NCBI GenBank assembly: GCA_029007825.1
Contig: JAQXIO010000067.1
Span: forward strand, 3,147-67,146
Source: Bacteroidales bacterium
GTDB taxonomy: Bacteria; Bacteroidota; Bacteroidia; Bacteroidales; JAQXIO01
Reading direction: 5' to 3'
DNA length: 64,000 bases
Under the pieces are notes generated by a model. That model made no database searches. It saw only the letters and a list, made by a program, of their open reading frames with translations, and was not told the origin of the DNA. Made by a program: the position numbers and the translations under genes. Below are positions 18,674-29,200 of the stretch, piece by piece; the stretch's first letter is position 1, and each line of letters opens with the position of its first letter.

Positions 18674-21600
18674 CTATTCGACATACAGCAATACCGGGTT
18701 GCCGTCAACCGTAACAACATACATACCGCCCTCCGTGACGGGAATCCGTATATCGTTCTCTTCGTGGAAGCCCGCATAAACGGTTTGCCCCGCAAGATTA
18801 TTCAGAACCACCGTACACCCCCCGGCCTCCAGGCGTACGATATGAACGGTACGGCGGCTCGCAAACACCTTCGGCACATCCTGTCCCGCGTCGCCGATAC
18901 CCGTAACCGGTTCGAATTCGGCGGCTATATAAACATCGCCAACCACCACAAGCGTATTCGCGGCAAGCGGCAATCCGTTTACAGTCAGTTTTACCAGCTG
19001 GTAGTTATTCCCCGCCTCCGTTTTCACGGTGATAACCGAACCGTATTCCACCTTACCGCCTCCCGTAACCAGCGTATCGGCATTCCATACCTCTACACTT
19101 CCGTTTCCGGTCGCCACTGTCGTTACCGCATAACGGTTCAGAACCACACCCTCTACCGTCACCGTCTTATCTTCGCGTATATCGTCGATCACATAAACAC
19201 CCTCGCTCTTCCGGATTTCCGTTCCGTTCACCTTCACCACCGGAACCGACTGGCTGTAACTCTCCAGCAACTCGACCTTAAATTTGAATACACCCCCCTC
19301 GGGCACATTCTCTGCATCATATCCCTCTGCCGCCGTAGCCACGACACCTTTTATACGGGGCAACTCAACGGTATAAGAAGGAATCGGCTCGAAGAATGCC
19401 GAAAGCTCGACGGTATCGGTCACCGTAAAGGCACACGGATTCACCGTAGTGGCCGCCCTATCGTTCCAGTGCACGAAACGGTAACCCTCGTCGGGCACTG
19501 CCATAGCGCTTACCGACGTGCCGTACTTATACGTACCCGTATAGTCGGTAAGAGGCACCACCGTTCCCCCCTCCGTCTGTTTTACGGTAACAGGGTAAGC
19601 GTTCGCCTTAACATGTACCCATACCAAAGTATGCTTCGTTATATTTTCGATGCGGTAAACCCCGTCGTCCGCCGCCGCAACGGTAGCGCCCTGCCCGGCA
19701 ACCACTGCCGGCGAATAATGGTTATACGCATCCGACTTCGTCACTTTAAACGAGAACGGTGCCGGATAAAGCACAATGCCTCTCGGCGGCGTTACCGTAA
19801 TACCCTGCGAAGCCACCGTCGTTACGGTATAGCTGTCGGGCGTTATACCCGCCACCGTTACCGTTATATCCTTGTTCACATTTTCGATACTGTATTTTCC
19901 GTTCGACGGAAGCAGGCGCACACCATCGGCAAAAACGGTAAAATCCGAATTTCCGTATCCCTGTTCCGGAACCACGGCAAAAGCAAACGTACTGCCTTCC
20001 GGAACTGCCGCCGCATCGCAACCGTTCAGCGAAACGAAAAGCACCTTGTCCGTATCGGGGAAAACCACCCGGTAATAGCTTTTCTCCGGCTTCTGTACAA
20101 ACAGCGCCGCAAACGACGTATCGCTCTCGACAACCACTTTGTACGGATTACCGATCTCCCCGCTGCTCCATGAATCGAACAACCTGCCCTCTCCTGCCGC
20201 AGCGGTAAGAGTTATAGACTGCCCGTGCAAAACGTCCGACGACTGGCTGGCCGTAATAATACCCCCATCGGTCTGCGTCAGCGACACGTTATAACGGTTC
20301 CGCTCGAGACCGCTTACCAGAACCAACACATTCTCCGTTACCGGACTCACCGTATAAACATCCTGGTTTATACCGATCACCTTGCCGTTAGCGACAACAG
20401 TCACCTGCGAACGGTCATACCCCTCATCCGGCACTACCCGGAACGAGAAATCCCCGCCCTCGGGTACATAATCGGCATTATACCCGTTCACGGCGCTCAC
20501 CGTCGCACCCTCCGTTGCGGGAAGCGTCACCTTATAAAACGATACCGGAGGTTTTTCTTCAAACACCGCTTCATACGTAACATCATCCGTCACGATCACC
20601 ATGCGCGGGTTAGCGTCCGGCTGGCTGCCGTCCGTCCAGTGGCTGAACGTCATTCCCTCATCGGCCTTCGCCTGCAGCAGCACAGGCGAACCATGCGGCA
20701 CCCCCGCGCTTTTTCCGGCATAAATCATACCGCCCGACGATTGTTTCAACGTCAGATCATAAGTGTTCCGCCTGATACCCCCGATCGAAACGACCGTGTG
20801 GCCGGTAACATTTGTCAACGTATACCGGTTGCCCGACGAAGTCAAAGTCCCGTTCGTCACATTCACCACCGGAACAGAAGCGCTGTAAGCCGCATCCGTA
20901 AGAAGGTCGAAGACAAAAGGCTCGCCGTATTTCACCGTATGCGAGGCAGCCTCTACCGTCACGCCCTTTACCGGCGGCACAGCCACCTTATACACATCCG
21001 TAACCACACCTTCCACGGTAATATTCACATCCGCATGCACATCCGGAACGCTGTATATTCCCGCAGCCGGAACCAACACCTCCCCATCGGCACGTACCGT
21101 AACGACCGATTGCGTATGCCCCTCTTCGAGCACCGCGCTGAAACGGAACGTAGCGCCGTCGGGCACAGCCGTAGCGTCACCCTCAGCCGCGGCAAAATGA
21201 ATCCCCGCCTCCGTCGGGAATACGACACGGTAATACAGCGTCTCCTCTTTCGTACGGAACAAAGCCGACAAGACAGTATCACCAGTCAGAACTATTTCAT
21301 ACGGATTGGCCATACTGCCGTTGCTCCACCTTTCGAAAAGATGCTCCTCATCCGCTTCGGCTTTCAGCAACACCCGGCTCCCTACCGGAAACTGTTGCGC
21401 CTGGCCGCTTCCGTTCGCCGTCACTGTTCCGCCTTCCGACGGCTCCGGCGTAAGCGTATAACTGTTCAGTACAACCCCTGATATTTCTATGTTTTTATCC
21501 TCTTTCACAGCTGTTACGGTATAGTACCCGTCCGCACCGGGAACCAAAGGCAAACCGTTCGCAGACACCTCTATCTGCGACTCGTCGTACAAAAGCTCCG

Positions 21601-24600
21601 GCATTACCGTAAAACGGAAATCATCGCCGTAAGAAACCGCCGTCATTCCCGCCGGAGTGACACTCGCACCTTCCGGTTGCGGCACCGACACCGTATATTG
21701 GTTTTTCGTTACTCCGTAAACAAACACAGACAAATCGCCCTCTACCGCACCGATCTCATACTTTCCTTCGTCAAACGGCAACAATACCTTTCCTCCGGCA
21801 ACCACCTGCGGCTGCGATTCGCTGCAACTCTCGTCAGGAAGCACCTCGAAGCGGTAGCTATCTCCGTGCTCTACCTCCGTTATACCTTCCGGAATACTCT
21901 GCACGACCGCATTTACGACCGACGGCAAAGTTACCTTATAGCGGTTCTTCACTACCCCTTCTACCGTCACGGTCATATTTTCCCTTACAGCATCGATCGT
22001 ATAAATACCGTTATCCTGGGCGATTATCCGTCCGTTTGCCTTCACCGTCACCTCCGACCGGTCGAACGGCTCCTGCAGGAACAGGCGGAAAGCAAAGTCG
22101 TTGCCTTCCACTACCCCCGAAGCGTTATAACCCGCAACGGCAACGGCAACATACTCGTCGCTCACCGGCAATGCAACACTATAATAAGTCACACCCGGCT
22201 CCTTCTCCTCGAACGAAGCGCCGAAAGTCAGGTTCTCCGTCACCTTCACCATACGGGGATTCGACGTCAGGCCATCGTTCCATTTCCCGAAATAATAGCC
22301 GTCGGAAGGAATCGCCTTCAAAGCAACTGTGCTTCCGTGCGGAACAGCACTTGCAGAAGGAGTAACCTCGAAAGAACCGGAAGCACTGGGAGTAAACCCG
22401 ATCGTATAGGTATTCAAAGCGAGCCCCTCTACCGTAACCGCCACATCCGACGTTACATTCGTTATCCGGTAGGTATTCGCCGAAACCGGACTCAGAACGC
22501 TGCCGCCGGCCTTCACGACAGGAACAGACTGGCTGCAACTCACCGCCGGCGTCACCGTAAAGGTAAAATCATCGCCGTGGTAAACGGAATTCTTCCCCTT
22601 TTGCGGAATTGCGGCAAACGCATTGTCAGGTATGGAAACCGTATAACTGTTTTTCCGTATCCCCTCCACCGAAACCGTAAGGTCGCCCGTCACCGCACCG
22701 ATGGTATAGACGCCCGCCGACGGTATCAACAACACATTCCCGATATGCACCACCGGCTCGGAACGGTCGTAAGCCACAGCCGGCGTTACCGTAAAGCTGC
22801 ACGCCTCGCCGTGCAAAACGCCCGACTGCCACGCCGGATCGGTAAATGCAAGGGAAGCTCCCTCCACGACAGGCAATGTAACGCTATAGCGGTTTTGTAC
22901 GATCCCCTCAACAGAAACCGCTGTGTTCTGCCGTACATCCGGCAGGACATATACACCGTTCGTCCCCCTCGGCAACACAGCAGACCCCGATTTTACGGTA
23001 AACGGCGACTCCGTATACCCCTTCCCGGGCGTTACCGTAAACAGAAAGTCACTCCCCTCGGGAACCGCATTTATATCGTACCCCTCGGCCGAAACAACCG
23101 ACGCATGCTCCGTGCCCGTAAAAGAAACCTTATACGTTACCGCCGGAACGACGCTAAAAGAGGCGGTAAAAGCCGTATCGCCGTACACCGGAACCTGCCG
23201 GGGATTACTCTTGTTCCCATCCGTCCATGTGTCGAAACGGTAACCCTCGTCCGGCGTTGCCGTCAGCACGGCAAGCGAACCGTACGGAACCGTCTCCGGC
23301 GCAGCAGCACTGCCGCCCGTACCCGAATATACCCTGACATCGTACATATTGACCCGGACTCCTTTCACCGAAACGGTCACATCCTCCTGTACGTTCCGTA
23401 TCTCGTAAACTCCGCCCCCCATGTCCGACAGGCGTATGCCCCGCGCCGAAACCTCCGGCTGCGATTCGGAATAAGCTTCATCCAGAGACATCCTAAAGCG
23501 GAACGTACCCCCATGCTCCGTCGTATTGCCGCTCCCGGCCGTCAGCACCGCGCCTTCCACATCGGGCAAAGTAACCGTATAGCGGTTTTTCGTCACATTC
23601 GTTATAGATACCGCCACATCCGACGTCACATCCTCGATCGTATAAACACCCGACTGTGAAGCAAGAATTACCCCCCCAGCCGTTACGACAGGCTCCGAAT
23701 GCGAATAAGCCCCGTCAAGCAGCAGCGAAAAGCTGAAATCGTCTCCGTGCCGCACCGTCAACGACTCCGGAGCCTGTATCGTAACGCCCGCCACATAAGA
23801 AGGCATCGTAACCTTGTAACTATTCAGTTCGCTGCCCGTTGCCCGCACCGTAACGTCCTCACGCACATGCTCCACCGTATAAACACCGTTTACTTCGTCG
23901 AGAAGCTCGTTTCCCGCCCACACGCTGATATCCGAACGGTTATAGGCAGGCTCCAGCTTCACCTCGAACTTAAAATCCTGGAGAAAACCGATCCCCGTAG
24001 CGTTATACCCTTCGGCCGCAGCATAAATCACACCCGGTGCCGGGCTGAACGTTACGGCATGTTTTCCCACGGCTATAAACCGGGCGGTAATATCCACAGC
24101 CTTCGTCACCGCAAACGGACCGAACGGATTGGCAGAACTCAGCCCATCGTTCCACGAAACAAAACGGGCATTCGCATCGGGCGAAGCGTTAAGCACGATA
24201 CGCGTACCGTGCGGAAGCAAATAAGTAGCCGGTTCCGTTACGCCACCCTCTTTAAAAGGATCGTACACAGTCCCGGTCGCCGCATCGAAAATATTGATCC
24301 TGCCGCCCTCCGAAGGATGCAGCGTAACAGGATAACTGTTCAACATCGGAGGCGATACCGTCACCGTCATATCGCCCACCACCGAATCGATCCGGTACAC
24401 GCCATTGGCAGGCAAAAGGGAAATACCGCTTCCGGTCGTAACCGAAAGCTCCGAATTACTGTACTCCTCATCTACACGCAGCATAAAGCTGAACGGCTCC
24501 CCGTGGGGTATATCGGTATAATCGCCGGAAGCCTCCAGCTCCACATGCTCCGGAAGCCCGAATTCGATCGAGTAACGATTAAGTTCGAATGCCGCATCGA

Positions 24601-26203
24601 ACACGGTATTTCCGCCGATCGTCAGGCTGTCGCCCTCCAGCGGCTCGCCATTGGCGGTAAGGCGCGAAAGATGATAGCCGTTACCGGGCACCGTCGTAAC
24701 CCCGACTACCGAACCCACCGGAAGCGAACTGCCGCTGATTACCGCCGCGCCGCCGCAGCTTAACTGCAACATGCCGTTTTCCGGCTGCCGGTAAGTTATA
24801 ATACACTGTTTCAAACGGAACGAAGCATACACCGTCGTATCCCTCATCAGTACGAAACTGCTGTTATTCGCTATCGGATTGGCGCCTATGCGAAGCTCGT
24901 CGAGCTCATAACCGTTCGCCTCGTCGGGCGTAGCCCGAACAGTCAGCGTCGTATTTCCTTTCAGCAAGCTTCCGCTCTCTACCGGCTCGTCACCGTTCAG
25001 GACAACAAGCGCACCGTTCTCCGGCTGTGCGTAAGTAACACTCACCTCCCGCTGGCTCAACAACAGCCGGAACGTTTTCTGCACCCCCTGCAAAGAGGCG
25101 GTCAGCAACACCCCCGCATCGGAAGTCAGGCTGTTTACCACGGTAGCATTTGCCCCCTTTACGGATAAAGCGTTTTCGTCAGACGAGCTCCACGCCGCTC
25201 CTGCCGCCGTACTCACCATAAAACTGCTCTTTACATCGGCATACGTCTCACCCGCATTCAAAAATACGGGCGTAGCGGCAACCTTTGCGGCCGCGCTTCC
25301 CGACATACCTTTCAGCAACGGATAAAGTTCCGGAGAATACTCCCATACCGTATAGTCGCCCAGCAGCGAAAGCAAACCGCTTCCCGTCATTTCGGACGAC
25401 AATTTGCCGGTGCCCCCTTCACCCTCGTAAACCGGGCAAAGCTGCTTATCGAAAATGCAATTACTGATGCTACCCCTCGTCTGTCCTGCAATATTTCCCG
25501 TCACCGATACGCCTTCAACAAAGCCGCTATTATAACAATTCTGTATCGATATTCTTCCTGCCGGAGAACGCCCCAGCAAGCCGCCGACCCCCGCGTTTCC
25601 TTTCACCGGGGCAGCATTATAGCAATATTGTATCTTGCCCGGCAGCGTTCCCGAACTTCCGCCGGCTATACCGCCGACCTGATCGGCACCCTCCACGCCG
25701 GCAACGTTAAAACAACGCGTAATCGTTGCGCCGTTGGCGTCGCCCGCAAGGCCGCCGCACATCGAACCGCCCCTTACCGTCCCCGACAAAACGCCGAGAT
25801 TGGAGACAGAGCCGCCTTCAAAGCGCCCGAACAACCCCGCGTTATCGCGCCCGTTCGTTATGCTCAGGTTCAGGATCACATGATTGTTTCCGTCGAAATT
25901 TCCCATAAACGTACCTTGCGTACCGATCGGCGTCCACTCCTTGCCGTTCAGGTCGATATCCGTTTCGAGACGGAACCAGACATCTTCGAAATGTACGTTC
26001 GAAATCCCCTCCGGGTCGGCCAACATAGCCAGTTGCGCCGCCGTTTTGATCAGGAATGGGTTCGACTTGGTGCCGTTTCCGTTCCCTTCGGCAATAAAAC
26101 TCTCCTTCGTTATGCCGTCCCATACGGAAACGGTCTGGGAAAATATCGTATGAACGGACAGAATCACACTCGCCAGTAATAAAATGCTTTTGCTCGCTTT
26201 CAT
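18674..26203 (-). CDS. giant T9SS-secreted surface protein: GLUG-motif region plus many InlB-B-repeat-like / Ig-like modules
   Basis: 2509 aa. Signal peptide (..HTIFSQ). N-terminal repeated GG(L/I)(A/L)G motifs (GGLAGD, GGIAGG, GGLLGR). The rest has recurring modules of form GG.V...G..V.L.A.P..GY.F..W.DG...NP....V..D....A.F interleaved with ~85-aa modules (Y.V.LP...GA...HG..F.F.V.P...Y..S.P.V...G..L....G.Y.I..V..D..V.V.G). The C-terminal ~70 aa resemble a T9SS CTD. Confidence 0.9.
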   Translation of the reverse strand: MKASKSILLLASVILSVHTIFSQTVSVWDGITKESFIAEGNGNGTKSNPFLIKTAAQLAMLADPEGISNVHFEDVWFRLETDIDLNGKEWTPIGTQGTFMGNFDGNNHVILNLSITNGRDNAGLFGRFEGGSVSNLGVLSGTVRGGSMCGGLAGDANGATITRCFNVAGVEGADQVGGIAGGSSGTLPGKIQYCYNAAPVKGNAGVGGLLGRSPAGRISIQNCYNSGFVEGVSVTGNIAGQTRGSISNCIFDKQLCPVYEGEGGTGKLSSEMTGSGLLSLLGDYTVWEYSPELYPLLKGMSGSAAAKVAATPVFLNAGETYADVKSSFMVSTAAGAAWSSSDENALSVKGANATVVNSLTSDAGVLLTASLQGVQKTFRLLLSQREVSVTYAQPENGALVVLNGDEPVESGSLLKGNTTLTVRATPDEANGYELDELRIGANPIANNSSFVLMRDTTVYASFRLKQCIITYRQPENGMLQLSCGGAAVISGSSLPVGSVVGVTTVPGNGYHLSRLTANGEPLEGDSLTIGGNTVFDAAFELNRYSIEFGLPEHVELEASGDYTDIPHGEPFSFMLRVDEEYSNSELSVTTGSGISLLPANGVYRIDSVVGDMTVTVSPPMLNSYPVTLHPSEGGRINIFDAATGTVYDPFKEGGVTEPATYLLPHGTRIVLNASPDANARFVSWNDGLSSANPFGPFAVTKAVDITARFIAVGKHAVTFSPAPGVIYAAAEGYNATGIGFLQDFKFEVKLEPAYNRSDISVWAGNELLDEVNGVYTVEHVREDVTVRATGSELNSYKVTMPSYVAGVTIQAPESLTVRHGDDFSFSLLLDGAYSHSEPVVTAGGVILASQSGVYTIEDVTSDVAVSITNVTKNRYTVTLPDVEGAVLTAGSGNTTEHGGTFRFRMSLDEAYSESQPEVSARGIRLSDMGGGVYEIRNVQEDVTVSVKGVRVNMYDVRVYSGTGGSAAAPETVPYGSLAVLTATPDEGYRFDTWTDGNKSNPRQVPVYGDTAFTASFSVVPAVTYKVSFTGTEHASVVSAEGYDINAVPEGSDFLFTVTPGKGYTESPFTVKSGSAVLPRGTNGVYVLPDVRQNTAVSVEGIVQNRYSVTLPVVEGASLAFTDPAWQSGVLHGEACSFTVTPAVAYDRSEPVVHIGNVLLIPSAGVYTIGAVTGDLTVSVEGIRKNSYTVSIPDNAFAAIPQKGKNSVYHGDDFTFTVTPAVSCSQSVPVVKAGGSVLSPVSANTYRITNVTSDVAVTVEGLALNTYTIGFTPSASGSFEVTPSASAVPHGSTVALKAIPSDGYYFGKWNDGLTSNPRMVKVTENLTFGASFEEKEPGVTYYSVALPVSDEYVAVAVAGYNASGVVEGNDFAFRLFLQEPFDRSEVTVKANGRIIAQDNGIYTIDAVRENMTVTVEGVVKNRYKVTLPSVVNAVVQSIPEGITEVEHGDSYRFEVLPDESCSESQPQVVAGGKVLLPFDEGKYEIGAVEGDLSVFVYGVTKNQYTVSVPQPEGASVTPAGMTAVSYGDDFRFTVMPELLYDESQIEVSANGLPLVPGADGYYTVTAVKEDKNIEISGVVLNSYTLTPEPSEGGTVTANGSGQAQQFPVGSRVLLKAEADEEHLFERWSNGSMANPYEIVLTGDTVLSALFRTKEETLYYRVVFPTEAGIHFAAAEGDATAVPDGATFRFSAVLEEGHTQSVVTVRADGEVLVPAAGIYSVPDVHADVNITVEGVVTDVYKVAVPPVKGVTVEAASHTVKYGEPFVFDLLTDAAYSASVPVVNVTNGTLTSSGNRYTLTNVTGHTVVSIGGIRRNTYDLTLKQSSGGMIYAGKSAGVPHGSPVLLQAKADEGMTFSHWTDGSQPDANPRMVIVTDDVTYEAVFEEKPPVSFYKVTLPATEGATVSAVNGYNADYVPEGGDFSFRVVPDEGYDRSQVTVVANGKVIGINQDVYTVSPVTENVLVLVSGLERNRYNVSLTQTDGGIITASQSSDVLHGQSITLTAAAGEGRLFDSWSSGEIGNPYKVVVESDTSFAALFVQKPEKSYYRVVFPDTDKVLFVSLNGCDAAAVPEGSTFAFAVVPEQGYGNSDFTVFADGVRLLPSNGKYSIENVNKDITVTVAGITPDSYTVTTVASQGITVTPPRGIVLYPAPFSFKVTKSDAYNHYSPAVVAGQGATVAAADDGVYRIENITKHTLVWVHVKANAYPVTVKQTEGGTVVPLTDYTGTYKYGTSVSAMAVPDEGYRFVHWNDRAATTVNPCAFTVTDTVELSAFFEPIPSYTVELPRIKGVVATAAEGYDAENVPEGGVFKFKVELLESYSQSVPVVKVNGTEIRKSEGVYVIDDIREDKTVTVEGVVLNRYAVTTVATGNGSVEVWNADTLVTGGGKVEYGSVITVKTEAGNNYQLVKLTVNGLPLAANTLVVVGDVYIAAEFEPVTGIGDAGQDVPKVFASRRTVHIVRLEAGGCTVVLNNLAGQTVYAGFHEENDIRIPVTEGGMYVVTVDGNPVLLYVE

Positions 26204-26219
26204 TTTCTGTTCTGCTTTA

Positions 26220-29200
26220 TTATTGCTTGATAATCTTTACTCTCCTCGTCTCGTCGCCCGTAACCACCAGCATATACACGCCCGAAGCGAAATGGGCGAT
26301 ATTGACGGTGCCGCCCTCGAAACGGTCGGCCTGCCATACCACGGCACCCGAAGCGTCCAGAATCACTGCCTTTTCGGCAGGTGCATCGAGATTTACGGTA
26401 ATCTCATAATCGGCAGGAACCGGATAAACCGATATTCCGTCCGAAACGGCATCATCCGTACCGCTCCAGTTTTTCAGCGACAACACAAACGGATCGGCAA
26501 GCGAACCGGTCAGCCCGTCGGAAACGAACGTCGTGCTTTCGGCTATATCGAACACCTGCCCCCTTGCAGCGTCGTAATACCTGAACGTAAGCTTCTCACC
26601 CGGCGTATCGCCATAGACATAGAGCAGATAACGCCAACCCTCGCCGTCCACATACTGCGGCACCGCTGCGCCGCGTAATTCCGATCCCGCAAACACACCG
26701 ATCTCGTCGGCACCTCCGGGTATATGGTTATTTATTTGAGCGATCACGATCATCGTTCCGGCATAAGCATACGGATCGGGTTTCCAGTACGAAGTCTCCG
26801 GAACAGCTTCGGCCAGTGCGCTCCGGCTGTTAAGGGTCGTTTCCGGATAAATAAAACTGCGCGGCGACAATGCCTTATACATATAGCCCGTTCCCGGACG
26901 CAGAGTTGTCAGCGAACCGATCCACCCCATACCGCTGTGATAAACGGCAAAGCCATCCTGGCTCTTCACCATCTCGCCCTCCTGCGGAACGGCATTCACG
27001 AAGGCCTCTTTCAGCGACAGCGGCACCGATGGCGTGTAGCCGATCCAGTTCCAGCCGTGCGGAACGGCAGGATTGTCCGACGTAGACAAGTGAATAAGGC
27101 GCCGGACTCCTCCCAGCGAAGCCCCCTGTATCTCAACCGTAGTCCCCGTTGTGCTCTTCACCTTATACATCTCTTCCGGTATCATCGAAAGTGCGCCGTT
27201 CAGCCATTTGCCATCCTGGTAAATAGCTCCGCCGCTCTGCGACTTTATCATTGAAATTCCGCCTTCATGCCCTTCGAACAAGGCGCTTACCGAATTGGCG
27301 CCTTTCGCATCGACGGTAAGGGAAACCCAGTTCCATCCCTGTTGCAGCGCCATATTCTGCTGCAAAGTATTTCCCGTTACAAAATGAACGGGCGCACCGG
27401 GCGTACCCAAAGGCCTGTCGGCATTGAAAACAATATCGTCCGGAAGCACATGCGAGTAAATTTTACCCGTGCTGGCATCCCATACCTTGAATACGATCGG
27501 CTGCGAAGACTGGGGATTATACACATTCATAAATACGAACGTCTCGTACAGTTTGTCACTCACCCGCTGGGGCGAAGCCACCCCGATACACGTATTGCCC
27601 GAGAACGCCCCGATAAGGTCTTCCGTATCGGCAGACAACTCTCCGCCTACGGTCAGGTCGCCCAGTATCGTCATCACCACATCGCGGCCTATCGACGGAT
27701 CGACCGCCCACACGGGAGCATCCCCGTACACTTTCAGGCTGATACGCAAAGGCTCGGCAATCCCGTTGTCCTCATTATACAAATAAACCAACTCTTCATA
27801 CTCGCCGATAGAAAGCTCGTCGTCCACATGGAAAGTGAGTTCCGTAGCCCCTACCGAACCGATATCGCCCGAAACCTCCGAAACGCTCAGCCACCACGGC
27901 AAATGCCGGATGCTGTACGACACGCTTTTACTGCCGAGGTTGGTTACCGAAGCGGTAAAGCTGAGAGGCTCGTCGACCGGTTTCTGCGTTTCGACAAAGC
28001 TGCTTTTCCATTTCAGCGTATTGCGCAGAACATATACATTCCACGAATGCGCCCCCTCTATATCGTTCCCGTTCAGGTCTTTGATGCCCGAAGCCGTAAC
28101 CGTCAGATTCTGTTTCTCTATATATTTGTCTTCCAGGTTGATATTTACCACTACCCGTTCGGAAGAAGCCACATACGTCGACGCGATATTCTGTGTCGGG
28201 CGCGCATCGCGCAACAACGGCACATCGCTACCGAACACAAGCGCCGTTCCGTCAACACATTCCGCCGGCCCTGCCGGAACCGTACTGTTCAAAAGCCCCG
28301 ACTCTGCCGTAGCCTCGACCGTCTGCTGCCCGAAACTGTCTTCCACGTAGCGTTCGAACGGATAATATACGGTCAGTCCCGCCTCATCGCCCCGCATCTT
28401 CGTGTGCATCCAGTGCGAAATAAGCGGCGGCTCCCGGTAACTGTTCCACATGCGCACCTCATCGATCGACCCGGTAAACGGACTGCTGTAAACGACACCC
28501 GCCGTTTCCGCATAACCCAAAACCCCGAGGTAAGTATAAGTCTGCTCTATACCCCCGATCTCATTACCCGGCACACGGTAAGTCTGCACCCCGTCGAGCA
28601 GCACGTCGGCATACCCGTTACGGTTGACCGTCAGGGCGAAATGGTGCCATGACCCGTCCGTATAACGGTCGGGAGCCACGTTATGCTTACGTCCCGCGCT
28701 CCAGAGCACGACACTGTCGCCGTACACAATACGCACCGACAACGCCCCCCTGCGGTTAATCTCGTTCCCCGCATCGGTACCGTCGCCCTTGCCTGCCGAG
28801 AAGAGGGCCGCCTCCGTGCCCGAGGGCTGCCCGCCGGACTTAAACCAGAATTCGAGCGTAAAGTTTTCGTCCGGAAGCACAAGGCCGTTTACCGAACTGT
28901 TATACCGCAATGCCTTACCCTCGCTCCCGATCACGGCAGCCTTTCCGCCGGCGCCCGCAAACCAGTCGGTAGCTACGGTCATATGCCGCGACGAAGTCCT
29001 GTCTTCCGCCAGATCGCCGTGCGCCTCGTTCATCGGCCAGTAATGCATCAATCCAAGCTCGCTACCCGATAAGACGGAACTCTGCGAAGCATAGATATCG
29101 CCCTGCATCCGCGCCTCGTTCCAGATACGGACATCCCGTATCTTACCTTTCAGCGAAGCCGCGCCGCCCGGATTAGCCCCTAAGTAAAGAACCCCTATGC

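Noticed and set aside
18665-24763. Long plus-strand ORFs (502, 418, 660 and 354 aa) antisense to the 2509-aa gene
   Set aside because: The translations are Arg/His/Ile-rich and low-complexity with no motifs. They lie entirely inside, and antisense to, a gene with clear domain structure. They are a typical stop-codon-poor mirror frame of a biased coding sequence.
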